A DNA stretch of 63,655 nucleotides, counting the filler, from Gemmatimonadota bacterium (GTDB lineage: Bacteria; 4572-55; J002): assembly GCA_003697105.1 (NCBI GenBank). It is 6 parts of 6 records of this genome, joined end to end, with 100 filler letters (N's around TTAATTAATTAA, not from the genome) between each part and the next. Parts side by side here need not be neighbours in the genome. Positions count along the whole stretch, not along the records: positions 17,216 to 30,588 come from RFFQ01000143.1; 5 more parts are not named here. One strand, written 5' to 3'. A program made the position numbers and the translations under genes. Shown here in pieces: positions 19,134-27,741 of this stretch. The notes beneath the pieces were generated by a model. It saw only the letters and a list, made by a program, of their open reading frames with translations. It was not told the DNA's origin and did not search any database. The number at the start of each line of letters is the position of its first letter. Position 1 is the first letter of the stretch.

Positions 19134-21392
19134 ATGAAAAACATCTTGGATCATCTTTATCGCATTGAAAAAGCGATCAGTAAAGCGACCACGTTGCGCG
19201 AAACCTGTGACATTATCCTGAAACGGGGACTGCCAGTGGTCAAGGCACATTCGGGACAGTTGAAAGTCATCAACCCAGACCAAAATCGACTGGTGACCAT
19301 CGCTTCATGGAACGTGAAGGAACCACCGGAAGAGGCTCGTAAACCGGTCACCTCGCGGGGAGTGTGTGGAAGAGCGGCAAAAACCGGCAAATATGTTTAT
19401 ATCACCAATCTGGATATGAACCGCGCTCATGGGAAAAAATTAGCCCAATACGCCGGCACGGAGTATGGAAAACACCTCCAACGACGGAAATCCCAACTTG
19501 CCATCCCGCTCAAAATCCGAAATGAAATTGTCGGTGTACTTGATGTCCACAGCCATCGTTATGAAGCCTTTTCGGTCAACGATATTCGATTTTTGGAGTT
19601 TCTTGCCACCCGTGCCGCCGCGGCGGTAGGCTATGCAAATGCATTCAAACGGATTTCCACCCTGCAGCAAATTAGCGATTCCATTAGTGGGCAACTCGAT
19701 CTGCTGAAACTGCTTCAGACCATCCAACAAGAAATTGAGCGCCTCATCCCCGTGCTGGATACCACCTGTATTCTGATCTCGGATACCAAAACCCAGCAGC
19801 TACTCCCATTTTTTCGTTGCCCTTACATTCAACCCAATGGTGAATGTACACATTGTACCCCCCACCATCCGGTCATTCGTGACGCCCTGAAAACCCAAAC
19901 GATAGCCCTTACCCACCGTGAAGAACCACGTGAGGCGGAGCAGAAAAAAACCCTTTACCACTTTGAAGTTGCCATGCCTATGATCTGGAACAACGTCACA
20001 GTGGGGGTAGTAACCGGACGAGGGCTAACCACCGAACCCTTTAGCCAATTGGACCAGGAATTGTGGATGCGTATCTCGCGCGTCACCGCAAAAGCCGTCT
20101 ATACCGCCAGACGGTATGCTGAAGTCGAAAATGAGATTGAGCAACGCCGCTTTGAGCTGGAAGTTCTCGGTAAGGCTGGGCAGATCATCAACTCTAGCCA
20201 AAATTTAGCGGAAGTACTCTCGTTGATCATGACCGAGGGTCTGAAAATTTTGGGTGAGCGCAATAAAAGCTTTTTTATCGCCTTGTATGACCCCCAAACT
20301 CAAGAATTGGTCACCAAAGTCGGTGGTGGTGAATTTTTTAAGCAAGAAATGATCGGACAACGGCAATCTATCCAGAGCGGTATTATGGGTTGGGTCTTCC
20401 GCAATCAAGCCCCCTACCTGAGTGTGGATATTCATCAAGATAAACATTACGTGGAACGCCTCGAAAAGACGCTTTCAGAATTCGCCGTACCCCTTATCCA
20501 CAACAACACCGTATTGGGTGTACTCGATCTGGAAAGCACCGATCTAAATGATTTTGATGAGGAACACCAGTTTATTATAAAATCATTAGCAAATTATGCC
20601 GCCATCGCCATCCGTAACGCCCAATTATACGATGAAGTGCGCGATCAAGAACGAATCAAACAAGAATTACGCATCGCTCGACAGATTCAGCACCATCTGC
20701 TACCGGCCACGGCTCCCCATTTCCCGACCCTAAATGTCGCCGCGCTCGCCCTAAGCGCCCGAGAAGTCGGTGGCGATTTTTACGATTTTATCGACTTCCA
20801 AGAAACACCGCACAGGAATAAACTGGGCATCGTCATTGCGGATGTATCCGGCAAAGGTATCCCCGCCGGCATTGTGATGGCAACCTCAAAGAGCGTGTTC
20901 CAAATTCAGGCATTAAGCCGGATAGAACCCGCGGCGGTGATGCAAGAAAGCAACCATTGGCTCGTGCGCAACCTACAAAAAGATATGTTTGTCGCCGCCG
21001 CTTATGCGGTAATTGATACCCAGCACAAACGGATGGAATACTCCATCGCGGGGCAACCCTTGCCACTCCTCATCCGGGCAGGAACCGAAATCCCACTGGA
21101 TTCAATGGAACCACGCTATCCCCTCGGATTTCGTGCGAATATCCCCTATTCACAGCGCGCCATCCAGCTCCAAACCGGAGATATTTTAATATTTTATACC
21201 GACGGGTTGATCGAAGCAACCAACAAAGCGGGTGAACTGTATGACCTCCATCACCTGACAACTATCGTCAACGATAATCCGAACCGCTCTCCTGCGGACA
21301 TCATCCAATTGATTATCAAAGATGTAAAACGCTTCACAAAAACAATCGATCAAAGTGATGATTTAACACTCGTCGTGATTCAAGTCTGTTAA
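19134..21392 (+). CDS. GAF-GAF-GAF-SpoIIE (PP2C/RsbU-like) phosphatase
   Basis: Three GAF-like domains, ELRIARQIQ, EVGGDFYD, IADVSGKG, YTDGLIEA, DDLT. Confidence 0.92.
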   Translation: MKNILDHLYRIEKAISKATTLRETCDIILKRGLPVVKAHSGQLKVINPDQNRLVTIASWNVKEPPEEARKPVTSRGVCGRAAKTGKYVYITNLDMNRAHGKKLAQYAGTEYGKHLQRRKSQLAIPLKIRNEIVGVLDVHSHRYEAFSVNDIRFLEFLATRAAAAVGYANAFKRISTLQQISDSISGQLDLLKLLQTIQQEIERLIPVLDTTCILISDTKTQQLLPFFRCPYIQPNGECTHCTPHHPVIRDALKTQTIALTHREEPREAEQKKTLYHFEVAMPMIWNNVTVGVVTGRGLTTEPFSQLDQELWMRISRVTAKAVYTARRYAEVENEIEQRRFELEVLGKAGQIINSSQNLAEVLSLIMTEGLKILGERNKSFFIALYDPQTQELVTKVGGGEFFKQEMIGQRQSIQSGIMGWVFRNQAPYLSVDIHQDKHYVERLEKTLSEFAVPLIHNNTVLGVLDLESTDLNDFDEEHQFIIKSLANYAAIAIRNAQLYDEVRDQERIKQELRIARQIQHHLLPATAPHFPTLNVAALALSAREVGGDFYDFIDFQETPHRNKLGIVIADVSGKGIPAGIVMATSKSVFQIQALSRIEPAAVMQESNHWLVRNLQKDMFVAAAYAVIDTQHKRMEYSIAGQPLPLLIRAGTEIPLDSMEPRYPLGFRANIPYSQRAIQLQTGDILIFYTDGLIEATNKAGELYDLHHLTTIVNDNPNRSPADIIQLIIKDVKRFTKTIDQSDDLTLVVIQVC

Positions 21393-21429
21393 AAACAACC
21401 TAACTGTAATTATAACAAGAGGTTATATC

Positions 21430-24400
21430 ATGCGTAAAGCTCGATTCAATCTGTTAATTCCGGTTTTACTGATGGCGGCTTCTGCCTTCGCGGTGGAGTT
21501 TACTAATGGGCGGCAATCGATCCAGATGGTGGACGCCAATGGAAACCAACTCCAAAAAACCGTTTTGATTGTTGACGGAATGGAATACCCAATACCGGTA
21601 ATCTCCCGCAACCCCCCATCAACCGCAACACATCGCGAAACGGAAATCCTGTGGACTCGCTTTGATGAGGCAGGCATCGCTTCTAACGTGGGGTTATCCG
21701 GTGATGGTGAGCTGGCATTTACGGGCTGGACACTCAACAATCGCCGTTTTGAAGCCTTTTTGACCTTTGGGGATGGCAATCCATTATGGGTAGATTCCGT
21801 CCAAACCCATACGGACGGCGCTCATTTGCGCTCGTCAACCACCGCCGGTCTCATCATGGGGGCTACGTACAATTATGTAAATCGATATTATACCGACGGG
21901 CAAATTGCTTGGACGTATGACAGTGGGACAGACTATTCCATCGCCGATATGAGTGTCGCCCCCAATGGTGAGTTTACAGCCCTCGCCCTCAATGAAACGG
22001 CAAATCTGGAAGATCATCGTTTGCTGGTACTGGATGCAGACCAAAATGAACGCTGGCATGTGGATTTAAACGCAGAAGACAATTACCTGATGCAACATGT
22101 AGTTATTTCCGCAGATAATCAAATTATCGCCTTGACCACTTATACCCGCGTGTATGTGTTTGATGCCGCCTCCGGACAAATTCAATTTGAGACTGATTTT
22201 TACGGTCAGACGGCACCGGCTATCTCCGCGGACGGTGCGGTATTGGTAACCGGTGATTTCAATGGCTACGCCAATGTATATCTCTGGCGGGATGAAACAT
22301 ACCAGCGATTGTGGCGATACCGTTTCCGGCGGGATACCGCCCGGACAAATTGGGTCACTGCCGTGGCGGTCTCAGCAGATGGGCAACGAATTGCAGCCGG
22401 AACACTCGATTTTATCCCGGGAGGCTATCAAGGACAGATCGCGGTTTTCGACACACCAAATCCATACCCGATTTGGACGGACATCCATCAAGGGGATTAT
22501 GTGGAAGGATTGTGCTTTAATACGGAGGGGTCACTGTTGGTCGCCGGAAATTGGGGCGAGTATGGTGCTCCTCAAGATCAAATTCGTGTTTACAATGGCG
22601 ATACAGGAGAACTCTTTTTCTCGGAGAGCGTCCCCGGTTCCATATTTTCACTGGATCTAGCCGATGATGGGCAGTATGCCATTTTTGGTGGCAAGCATGT
22701 TCATGCCCGCGAGTGGGGGAACGGTGGTGATGTGTACCTGCTGCGACTCGATCCGGGGGGAGGCACAATTCAGGGTACTGCCTACGTACCAAACGGCGAA
22801 GACCCTCACGGAATAACGATCCAAGTGCTCGGTACCAGCCGGTACACCCAAACTCGGGCGGATGGATCGTTCACCATGCGTTACATCCCGGCAGGGACAT
22901 GGGATATTCAGGCAAGCAAACCCGGCTACACCTTTGAATTTCAGCGAGATATAGACGTTGCGGAGAACGACATTATTGAAAATTTAGATTTTGAATTGAG
23001 TGTCGTAGAAAACCCACCCCAAAATCTATTGGCAACGGATGATGCCTTCCTTGATCACATTCTACTTAGCTGGGAAGACGGAGAGGGACAGTTATCGCCA
23101 CAACGGCAACAGCAGATTCAAACCGTTTTAGGGGTGCACCAACCCCCGGAAAAGAAAATTCAGGCAATGAGGGGTCTCCAACGGGCACAAATTGGCTGGG
23201 ATCAAACCCGTGAACCCTTTCGCGACATCCAAACGCCCCTCTATTATGCGATTTACCGGAGTTCATTGCCCGATGGTCCCTATTTTCTGCTTGATCTCGC
23301 GGCGACAACGGAAACAACCTATGCGGATTCACTCGATCTCTTTCCACAGACACCATACTATTATCGGGTTACGGCGGTTTATGAGACGGGAGAAAGCCCA
23401 TATTCCAACGAAGATAGCGGTACTCTAAACGACGATTACATTGAATTTGAAATCGAGGTCCCCCTGACCTACACAGTGCCCACCTTTGACGGCATTATCG
23501 ACACGACAGAGTGGGCTGATGCGTATGAATTTGACATCACCGATGTGTTCGGTTTTTTTGAAGGACGGCTCGACCCGCCGGGAACGGTCACTGCTAAAAT
23601 AAAAGTGGATGACGTGCAGAACCAGCTTTATCTAGCCGTTGCTAATCGAGCAGACCAACACTTGACCGATGGGGATCAGGTGGGATTGTATTTTGATGAT
23701 AACGGCGATGGTCATTATCCCGCACCAGATTGGGATTTGAAAGAAGGGAACTTTTGGGTTCGGCACTACGCCAGTGGAGCAGATTCCGTCCACTTTCGTG
23801 CTTGGCATGATCAAGGATATAATGAAACCATTACACTGCCCATTACTGATGTCGGGATTTCGGATCAAGCCGGATATGTGGCTTATGAGGTTGCCCTCCC
23901 ACTCGGATTTATGCAACCGGAGCAACTTCAGGTGTTTTTGCCGGAACAGATGCCGCGTCTTTGGTTGTTTGTCTCTAACGCGGAAACCGGCGATTTTAAT
24001 GGATATTGGCCCCAACCGGTTGAAAATTGGCGTGATCCCCAAAACTTTGGGCAGATTCATGTCCCGGTGACGTTAGATGCGCCACCACAAGCACCCGGTA
24101 ACTTAACACTTACCCCCGTTGGTACAGCTCAATTCCGCCTAACATGGACAGACCCGACCTTGGATCGTGCAAATGCGCCACTGATGAATCTGGAAGGAAT
24201 TCATATCTTTCGGAATTATGATTTATGGCAAACGGTCCCGCCGGGAACGGAATCGGTGATTGATGCGGAGGTGTTGCCCTATCGCTGGTACACATACCAA
24301 CTGAAGGCATTCAATAGTAGCGGGTATTTGAGTCCGTACAGTCCGGCAGTGAGTGACTGGGTCTATCAAGCACCGGAATTTACCGAAATTAGCTACGATG

Positions 24401-25158
24401 ATGGTAGTGCAGAAGGGTTTTATGTAGCCAGTTTTAATTTTGATGATAACAAGTTTGCCGTCCGGTGTACACCGGCAGTAGAACCGTCATATATTGGAAA
24501 AATAGCGGTGTTTGTCAGTGATACAACACCGTTTGAGGTCGCAATTTATAGCCACCGCAGTGGACTACCGGATGAGATTATCGCGGGGCCGTATCCTATC
24601 CGATTAACAGAAGACGGTCCGGGTTGGGCAGAAGCCATCATCCCCGGCGATGATCCGCCGTCAGTGAGCAGTGATTTTTGGGTGGTAATGCACTGGTCAG
24701 AAACATCGCCCGGGGCACCCGGCGTCGGTGGCGACCGGGATCAATTGCGAAACCGGTCTTACTATTACTTAAATTCGGTGGGTTGGCGTGCTTCGACCCA
24801 ACAAAATTATCTAATGCGTGCTTATACCTATACCCAAGACCCCGTTCCGGTCGAACACCCCGCGACGACCGTTTCCACTCCAGAAAAGCCGGCATTCAGC
24901 CTCTATCCAAACCCATTTAATGCCAATATCGGTTTTTCATTTGCGCTACCGGACGGATCGCCCGTAACTATCTCTATCTACGACATTAAAGGCGCACTTG
25001 TCAAAATTCTGGTTGACAAGTTTTATCCCTCAGGCTATTATCGGATCAACTGGAGCGGGATGGCGGAAACGGGAGAAACACTACCAAGTGGTATCTATAC
25101 GGTCATGTTTTCCACGCCACACTATCAGCAGCACACCAAAATAATCCTGCTGAAATAA
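21430..25158 (+). CDS. Large secreted multidomain protein (beta-propeller, carboxypeptidase-regulatory-like, FN3, CBM9-like, FlgD/T9SS-like CTD)
   Basis: Signal peptide. WD40/PQQ-like repeats (AISADG, AVSADG). GTIQG..DGSF..IPAGTW domain. FN3 motifs YYYRVTAV and YTYQLKA. C-terminal YPNPFN..SGIY. Confidence 0.8.
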   Translation: MRKARFNLLIPVLLMAASAFAVEFTNGRQSIQMVDANGNQLQKTVLIVDGMEYPIPVISRNPPSTATHRETEILWTRFDEAGIASNVGLSGDGELAFTGWTLNNRRFEAFLTFGDGNPLWVDSVQTHTDGAHLRSSTTAGLIMGATYNYVNRYYTDGQIAWTYDSGTDYSIADMSVAPNGEFTALALNETANLEDHRLLVLDADQNERWHVDLNAEDNYLMQHVVISADNQIIALTTYTRVYVFDAASGQIQFETDFYGQTAPAISADGAVLVTGDFNGYANVYLWRDETYQRLWRYRFRRDTARTNWVTAVAVSADGQRIAAGTLDFIPGGYQGQIAVFDTPNPYPIWTDIHQGDYVEGLCFNTEGSLLVAGNWGEYGAPQDQIRVYNGDTGELFFSESVPGSIFSLDLADDGQYAIFGGKHVHAREWGNGGDVYLLRLDPGGGTIQGTAYVPNGEDPHGITIQVLGTSRYTQTRADGSFTMRYIPAGTWDIQASKPGYTFEFQRDIDVAENDIIENLDFELSVVENPPQNLLATDDAFLDHILLSWEDGEGQLSPQRQQQIQTVLGVHQPPEKKIQAMRGLQRAQIGWDQTREPFRDIQTPLYYAIYRSSLPDGPYFLLDLAATTETTYADSLDLFPQTPYYYRVTAVYETGESPYSNEDSGTLNDDYIEFEIEVPLTYTVPTFDGIIDTTEWADAYEFDITDVFGFFEGRLDPPGTVTAKIKVDDVQNQLYLAVANRADQHLTDGDQVGLYFDDNGDGHYPAPDWDLKEGNFWVRHYASGADSVHFRAWHDQGYNETITLPITDVGISDQAGYVAYEVALPLGFMQPEQLQVFLPEQMPRLWLFVSNAETGDFNGYWPQPVENWRDPQNFGQIHVPVTLDAPPQAPGNLTLTPVGTAQFRLTWTDPTLDRANAPLMNLEGIHIFRNYDLWQTVPPGTESVIDAEVLPYRWYTYQLKAFNSSGYLSPYSPAVSDWVYQAPEFTEISYDDGSAEGFYVASFNFDDNKFAVRCTPAVEPSYIGKIAVFVSDTTPFEVAIYSHRSGLPDEIIAGPYPIRLTEDGPGWAEAIIPGDDPPSVSSDFWVVMHWSETSPGAPGVGGDRDQLRNRSYYYLNSVGWRASTQQNYLMRAYTYTQDPVPVEHPATTVSTPEKPAFSLYPNPFNANIGFSFALPDGSPVTISIYDIKGALVKILVDKFYPSGYYRINWSGMAETGETLPSGIYTVMFSTPHYQQHTKIILLK

Positions 25159-25168
25159 GGGAGAACTA

Positions 25169-25546
25169 ATGAAAAAGCGGGTATTAATTGTTGACAACGA
25201 TGATACGATTGTCACCATGATTGAAATGCTGTTAGACAATATCGGTTATGAAGCACGGGGAGTTTTAAACGGTGGGACGGCCATCAAAATGTTGGAGACG
25301 GACGCCAATTATGATTTGATTATTTTGGATGTTATGATGCCTAGCGTAAATGGATGGCAGGTGATGGAATTTCTGAAAGCCGATAAGCGGCTCGGGTCAA
25401 TACCGGTAATGTTAATGACCGCTAAAGCGGATGATGAATCAATCAGCAAAGGACTTCACGATGAACATGCCGCTGATTACATCATTAAACCTTTTGAGAT
25501 GGATGATTTTATTCACCGAATCAACAAATTGGTTGGTCAAAGATAA
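25169..25546 (+). CDS. Single-domain response regulator
   Basis: VLIVDND, ILDVMMP, MTA, KPF. Confidence 0.92.
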   Translation: MKKRVLIVDNDDTIVTMIEMLLDNIGYEARGVLNGGTAIKMLETDANYDLIILDVMMPSVNGWQVMEFLKADKRLGSIPVMLMTAKADDESISKGLHDEHAADYIIKPFEMDDFIHRINKLVGQR

Positions 25547-25575
25547 AGAGATTAACCGCGACCAGATAGTTTGGA

Positions 25576-25610
25576 AAAACCCCGCATTCCCTTGAGGAAT
25601 GCGGGGTTTT
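25576..25610. terminator. Bidirectional Rho-independent terminator
   Basis: AAAACCCCGCATTCC-CTTGA-GGAATGCGGGGTTTT between convergent genes. Confidence 0.9.
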
Positions 25611-25636
25611 ACGTTTCAGGTTATTATGAAAATCGG

Positions 25637-26365
25637 TTAGCCTTCTAACTTCGCGATCTGGTTGTTAGCAAAGTCTCGATAGTCTCCCGGTTGTTCATGC
25701 AGTGATGCTTTAAATTGATTAAGGGCTTCAACGGGTTGGTTTAATTTAAGGTAAATTTTGCCTAACATAATCCGGGCATGTTCGCGCTTATTACTCTCAT
25801 CAAATGAATCCAACAAATGTTCAAAAACGGTAATGGCTTGATTATACTCGCCCATCAGAAAGTACCCCACTCCGACCCAATAATGGCAATTATCGGTTAA
25901 ATCAGTATTTGGGTAATCCGTTGCCAGTTGGGTAAACAGGGCAATAGCTTCCGTCCGGTCACCATCTTTCATCAATTGGCGTGCTCGATCATATTCCGCT
26001 TTCATTTCGCTAGGGGCACGATTGAGTATCCCCCCGGGCGCTGATGGGGGTAACACAATGGTATCCTCTTTTTGTGGGGCGGTCAACTGCGTAATGCGCT
26101 CTTCTATGGACGTTAAATCCGCTTCCAACATCGAAATCTGCTGGACGATTTGCGCATTCTGATTTTGCAATTGATTTACCCGGTCATTCGAAGATGTCAC
26201 AGCGGTATTTAGCCGGTTGACTCGCTGATCCAGATCGGTCAATGCCGTGGCAATATCCCGATCCGTCAAGCTACCCCGATCGGTTTTGGAGGCGGCACAA
26301 CCGGTAAGCAAGAAAAGACCTGTTAGGGCAAGACAGGCGTATGCAAACCATCGATGAAGTTTCAT
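25637..26365 (-). CDS. Coiled-coil + TPR lipoprotein (CpoB/YbgF-like)
   Basis: Lipobox LTGC, N-terminal coiled coil, TPRs with YPNTDLTDNCHYWVG motif. Confidence 0.8.
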   Translation of the reverse strand: MKLHRWFAYACLALTGLFLLTGCAASKTDRGSLTDRDIATALTDLDQRVNRLNTAVTSSNDRVNQLQNQNAQIVQQISMLEADLTSIEERITQLTAPQKEDTIVLPPSAPGGILNRAPSEMKAEYDRARQLMKDGDRTEAIALFTQLATDYPNTDLTDNCHYWVGVGYFLMGEYNQAITVFEHLLDSFDESNKREHARIMLGKIYLKLNQPVEALNQFKASLHEQPGDYRDFANNQIAKLEG

Positions 26366-26385
26366 TTTGAGAGACTCCTTTTACA

Positions 26386-27576
26386 TTAACGTTGAAGATT
26401 AACATAAACATCATGGACTCGACCGGGTTCAATTCTAACAGTTATTATCTCCGGTTCATACCCCTCCCGAAAAATATGAATCCCATGCTCTCCCGGGGGA
26501 AGCTTGTACTTCAGGGGGGAACTCCCTGCAATAATACCATCGACTCGAACAGTAGCTCCGGGAGGGTTGGTTTTGACCACCAAGTCACCGACTTCTACAC
26601 TGCTTGTTTCATCGGGATAATCTCTTAAATCATATAACCGGGGCCATAAACCATTATCCGAGATTTTCGGTTGTGGTGGTGTCAAACCTGAGGAGCTAGG
26701 AGCCATTTGATATGGCTGAGATTGCCGCTCAAAACCGGTAAAAAAAACCGGCTGGTCTGAGCCACGAATTAAAATTGGTTTTTGTGGATGCCCAGCTTGT
26801 GCCATGCTATATTGCACATATGTGGATAACTCCACAACATCAATTTGTCCGGATCCCGGACGTTGTGGGAGATCGGCTTTTCCCCGTAACCCTTGCACTA
26901 AGAAATAGGTAAACATACCATGCTTCAAAGTATGTGATTCTTTTGAAACCTGATTGGCTTCACAGGACAATAAATAGGTGACATTCGGTTTAGAGGCGTT
27001 TAAGTTATCTGCCTCAAACGGGTCGGCTACCGGTAGAACGTTTGTAATTCCGCCACTATAGCAGGCATCAATAATCACGACCGTCTCTGCAGATGGAATC
27101 TCAGCCACCCGTTTGGTAAATTCGGTATACGGAATATCATTCGTCGAAACGAGTTGATCTGCATCATACGGTAAAAGTCCATTGAGAAATTTGCGCTCAT
27201 AATCCGGGTCATAAACCACCGTGCCATGACCACTGAAAAAGATGATCACCGTATCATTTTGTTTCACAGAGCGTTTCAACCGCTCCAAGGCGGCATAAAT
27301 ATTGTCCTTTGTGGCAGATTGGTTAATCAGTTTTAATACACGGGAATCCGGTAAAGAATGATTAAGCCGCCTTAATTCTTGTAGAAAGACCAAGGCATCG
27401 CGGTGAGCATAACTTAAACGAAATGTGGGGGCCTCATAATTTGAAATGCCTATAGAGAGAACCCACAGTTGAGGTTGGGAACCCACGCTCCCAGATGCAA
27501 ACACCTGGGGGGATCCCCCGACCATTAAAATAAAAAACACGATAATAATATAAGTTGTAGCGCCTCTTTGCATCAT
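26386..27576 (-). CDS. Secreted caspase-like peptidase (C14/clan CD) with C-terminal PEGA domain
   Basis: Hydrophobic signal/anchor, SIGISNY, catalytic dyad FSGHG and IDACYSG, HGMFTYFLVQGL, PEGA (VKTNPPGATVRVDG..GY). ATG at 27576 follows GGAGG. Confidence 0.88.
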   Translation of the reverse strand: MMQRGATTYIIIVFFILMVGGSPQVFASGSVGSQPQLWVLSIGISNYEAPTFRLSYAHRDALVFLQELRRLNHSLPDSRVLKLINQSATKDNIYAALERLKRSVKQNDTVIIFFSGHGTVVYDPDYERKFLNGLLPYDADQLVSTNDIPYTEFTKRVAEIPSAETVVIIDACYSGGITNVLPVADPFEADNLNASKPNVTYLLSCEANQVSKESHTLKHGMFTYFLVQGLRGKADLPQRPGSGQIDVVELSTYVQYSMAQAGHPQKPILIRGSDQPVFFTGFERQSQPYQMAPSSSGLTPPQPKISDNGLWPRLYDLRDYPDETSSVEVGDLVVKTNPPGATVRVDGIIAGSSPLKYKLPPGEHGIHIFREGYEPEIITVRIEPGRVHDVYVNLQR

Positions 27577-27677
27577 ACTGACCCCTCCGAAAGCCAATAT
27601 ATCAGCAGTGATAAAATGAAATGGCTATAAAAATGGCGCTCCCCCCGGAACACTCAAAAAAATAACCCATATAAACA

Positions 27678-27713
27678 GAAAGTTTGAGCACCGTCCCCAA
27701 TGCTCAAACTTTC
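27678..27713. terminator. Stem-loop between the repeat-protein and caspase genes
   Basis: Perfect 13-bp stem GAAAGTTTGAGCA-N10-TGCTCAAACTTTC; may act as a terminator or attenuator on the minus strand. Confidence 0.55.
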
Positions 27714-27741
27714 ATAGAAAAATCATAGTATCGTAAGAGAA

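Noticed and set aside
25637-26365. Calling the gene cpoB/ybgF
   Set aside because: The architecture is similar, but it is a lipoprotein with no tol-pal context, so orthology is unproven.
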